Positions 60,526 to 64,000 of a stretch of 64,000 nt of DNA are shown in pieces; within the stretch, counting starts at the first letter, position 1, and every line of letters starts with the position of its first letter. A program made the position numbers and the translations under genes. This DNA is from Eledone cirrhosa (Eukaryota), in the NCBI GenBank assembly GCA_964016885.1, contig OZ024741.1, positions 72,168,001-72,232,000 of the forward strand, given 5' to 3'. Under the pieces are notes generated by a model. That model saw nothing but the letters and a program-made list of their open reading frames with translations, made no database searches and was not told where the DNA came from.

Positions 60526-60852
60526 TTAACTTGGGGTTCATAAACCTATTAGGATCCGAAAAAGCAGTACTGGCGATATGTGATTTAAGTTCGAAATTTC
60601 AAATACTTGGTTAAAAATATAAGTACATACTCATTTTTCTCAAAGTATAAATATTTTGTCTCTTCCGGTTGTTAATCTCACAATATAACAATACGAGAGA
60701 AGAGTAATTATACCTTCTGATAAAAACCCCAACTAGGCTTGAAAATCGATTAAAGATATTCATCATGTTTTCAATTTACAGGGAAATACGTATATCTATA
60801 ACCTAAAAATGAGTAAATTTATACACATTTATGCCTAATCGCTTGTCTCTTA

Positions 60853-60855
<3 letters not shown>

Positions 60856-60911
<56 letters not shown>
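60856..60911. repeat. (TA)n microsatellite
   Basis: Pure TA run. Confidence 0.97.
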
Positions 60912-60915
<4 letters not shown>

Positions 60916-60944
60916 TAACTTTGTTTATGCATATACATAAATCC

Positions 60945-61660
60945 TTAAGATTCGAACGCAATTCACTTGATAAGGTAAGTCTTCATATTTGATCTGAAAG
61001 CCGACACATGTTACTGTTCGTTTAGGCCGACAGGGGAAGCTAATTCAAGAAAGCTGGAGCTGACTTAAAGAAACACTGATCATTACAGCTCTTCATTCTA
61101 GTGTTTGGTACAACAAAGATTCCATTCCAGAGAGCTGGAGCTGACTTATAGAAAGCCTTCTGATCACCACAATCTCCATCCTTGGGGACCTTGAAGCGTC
61201 TATTACCACATGATCTCAAACACACTGGTGACTTTTTCACGAAACAATTCACCAAAGTATTGAGAAGGAGCAAGTCCATGTACAGCTTTGAATGACAGCA
61301 GTAGGATTCTAAATGTAATTCGTGATTTTACAAGAAGCCAGGGTAGAGCCTTAGTACGCTCGGAGACCTATATGTTAGAAAGAACCATCACCTAGACCAC
61401 CATTGCCAGATATAGCGTTAACTAGATCAATGGCGAAAGCATTAATGTGTACTATCACATTATGTCAGGGTTAGAGAGAACTCGAGGGATACGACTGCGA
61501 GTCTGCCTTTATCAGTAGTTTAGGGTCGTCTGTCGCCTTCGTTTGTATCCGTTTATATCTGTCAAAAACAAAATAGCCTATCTGACTTCTATCTATCTCA
61601 GTTTATTATGTGATGTAATGGCTGTTTCAAGGAATTTGGGACCGTATCTAAAGTGTTAAC
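60945..61660 (-). mobile_element. L2-type LINE ORF2 C-terminal fossil (frameshifted)
   Basis: Minus-strand translation gives GYFVF..RI, LPWLLVKSRITFRILLLSFKAVHGLAPSQYFGELF, LRS...VP...GD.KAF.KSAPALWN, LN*LP and FRSNMKTYLIK*IAF. These match the L2 C-terminal motifs LHWLPV..RI.FKILLL.FKALHGLAP.YL, AP.LWN.LP and FK..LKT.LF..AF. The left boundary is firm; 61370-61660 is weaker. Confidence 0.85.
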
Positions 61661-61664
61661 CAAA

Positions 61665-64000
<2,336 letters not shown>

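Overview
Eukaryotic, AT-rich, repeat-dominated DNA. The interspersed repeats match tRNA-derived SINEs and TTAA-flanked MITEs that I recall from Octopus genomes, so the source is probably an octopus (inference, not a database result). Bases 1-~46,060 are the right-hand part of one unidirectional 47-bp satellite array (about 980 monomers, left end outside the window). It has a fixed-order vocabulary of variant monomers and stacked kb-scale duplications (periods 2561/2796, 1772, 2798, 5790, 3639, 8911 and about 3273 bp), and it fades into unique DNA through two degenerate seed-like units. Bases 46,060-61,660 are a mosaic of SINEs (several with target-site duplications), nested MITEs, a frameshifted Tigger/pogo transposase fossil, an L2-type LINE ORF2 3' fossil and two phase-compatible candidate exons of an unrecognised gene. 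Bases 61,665-64,000 are a compound (TA)n/CC microsatellite. No complete gene, rRNA, true tRNA or CRISPR array is supported, and nearly all listed ORFs are repeat artefacts.
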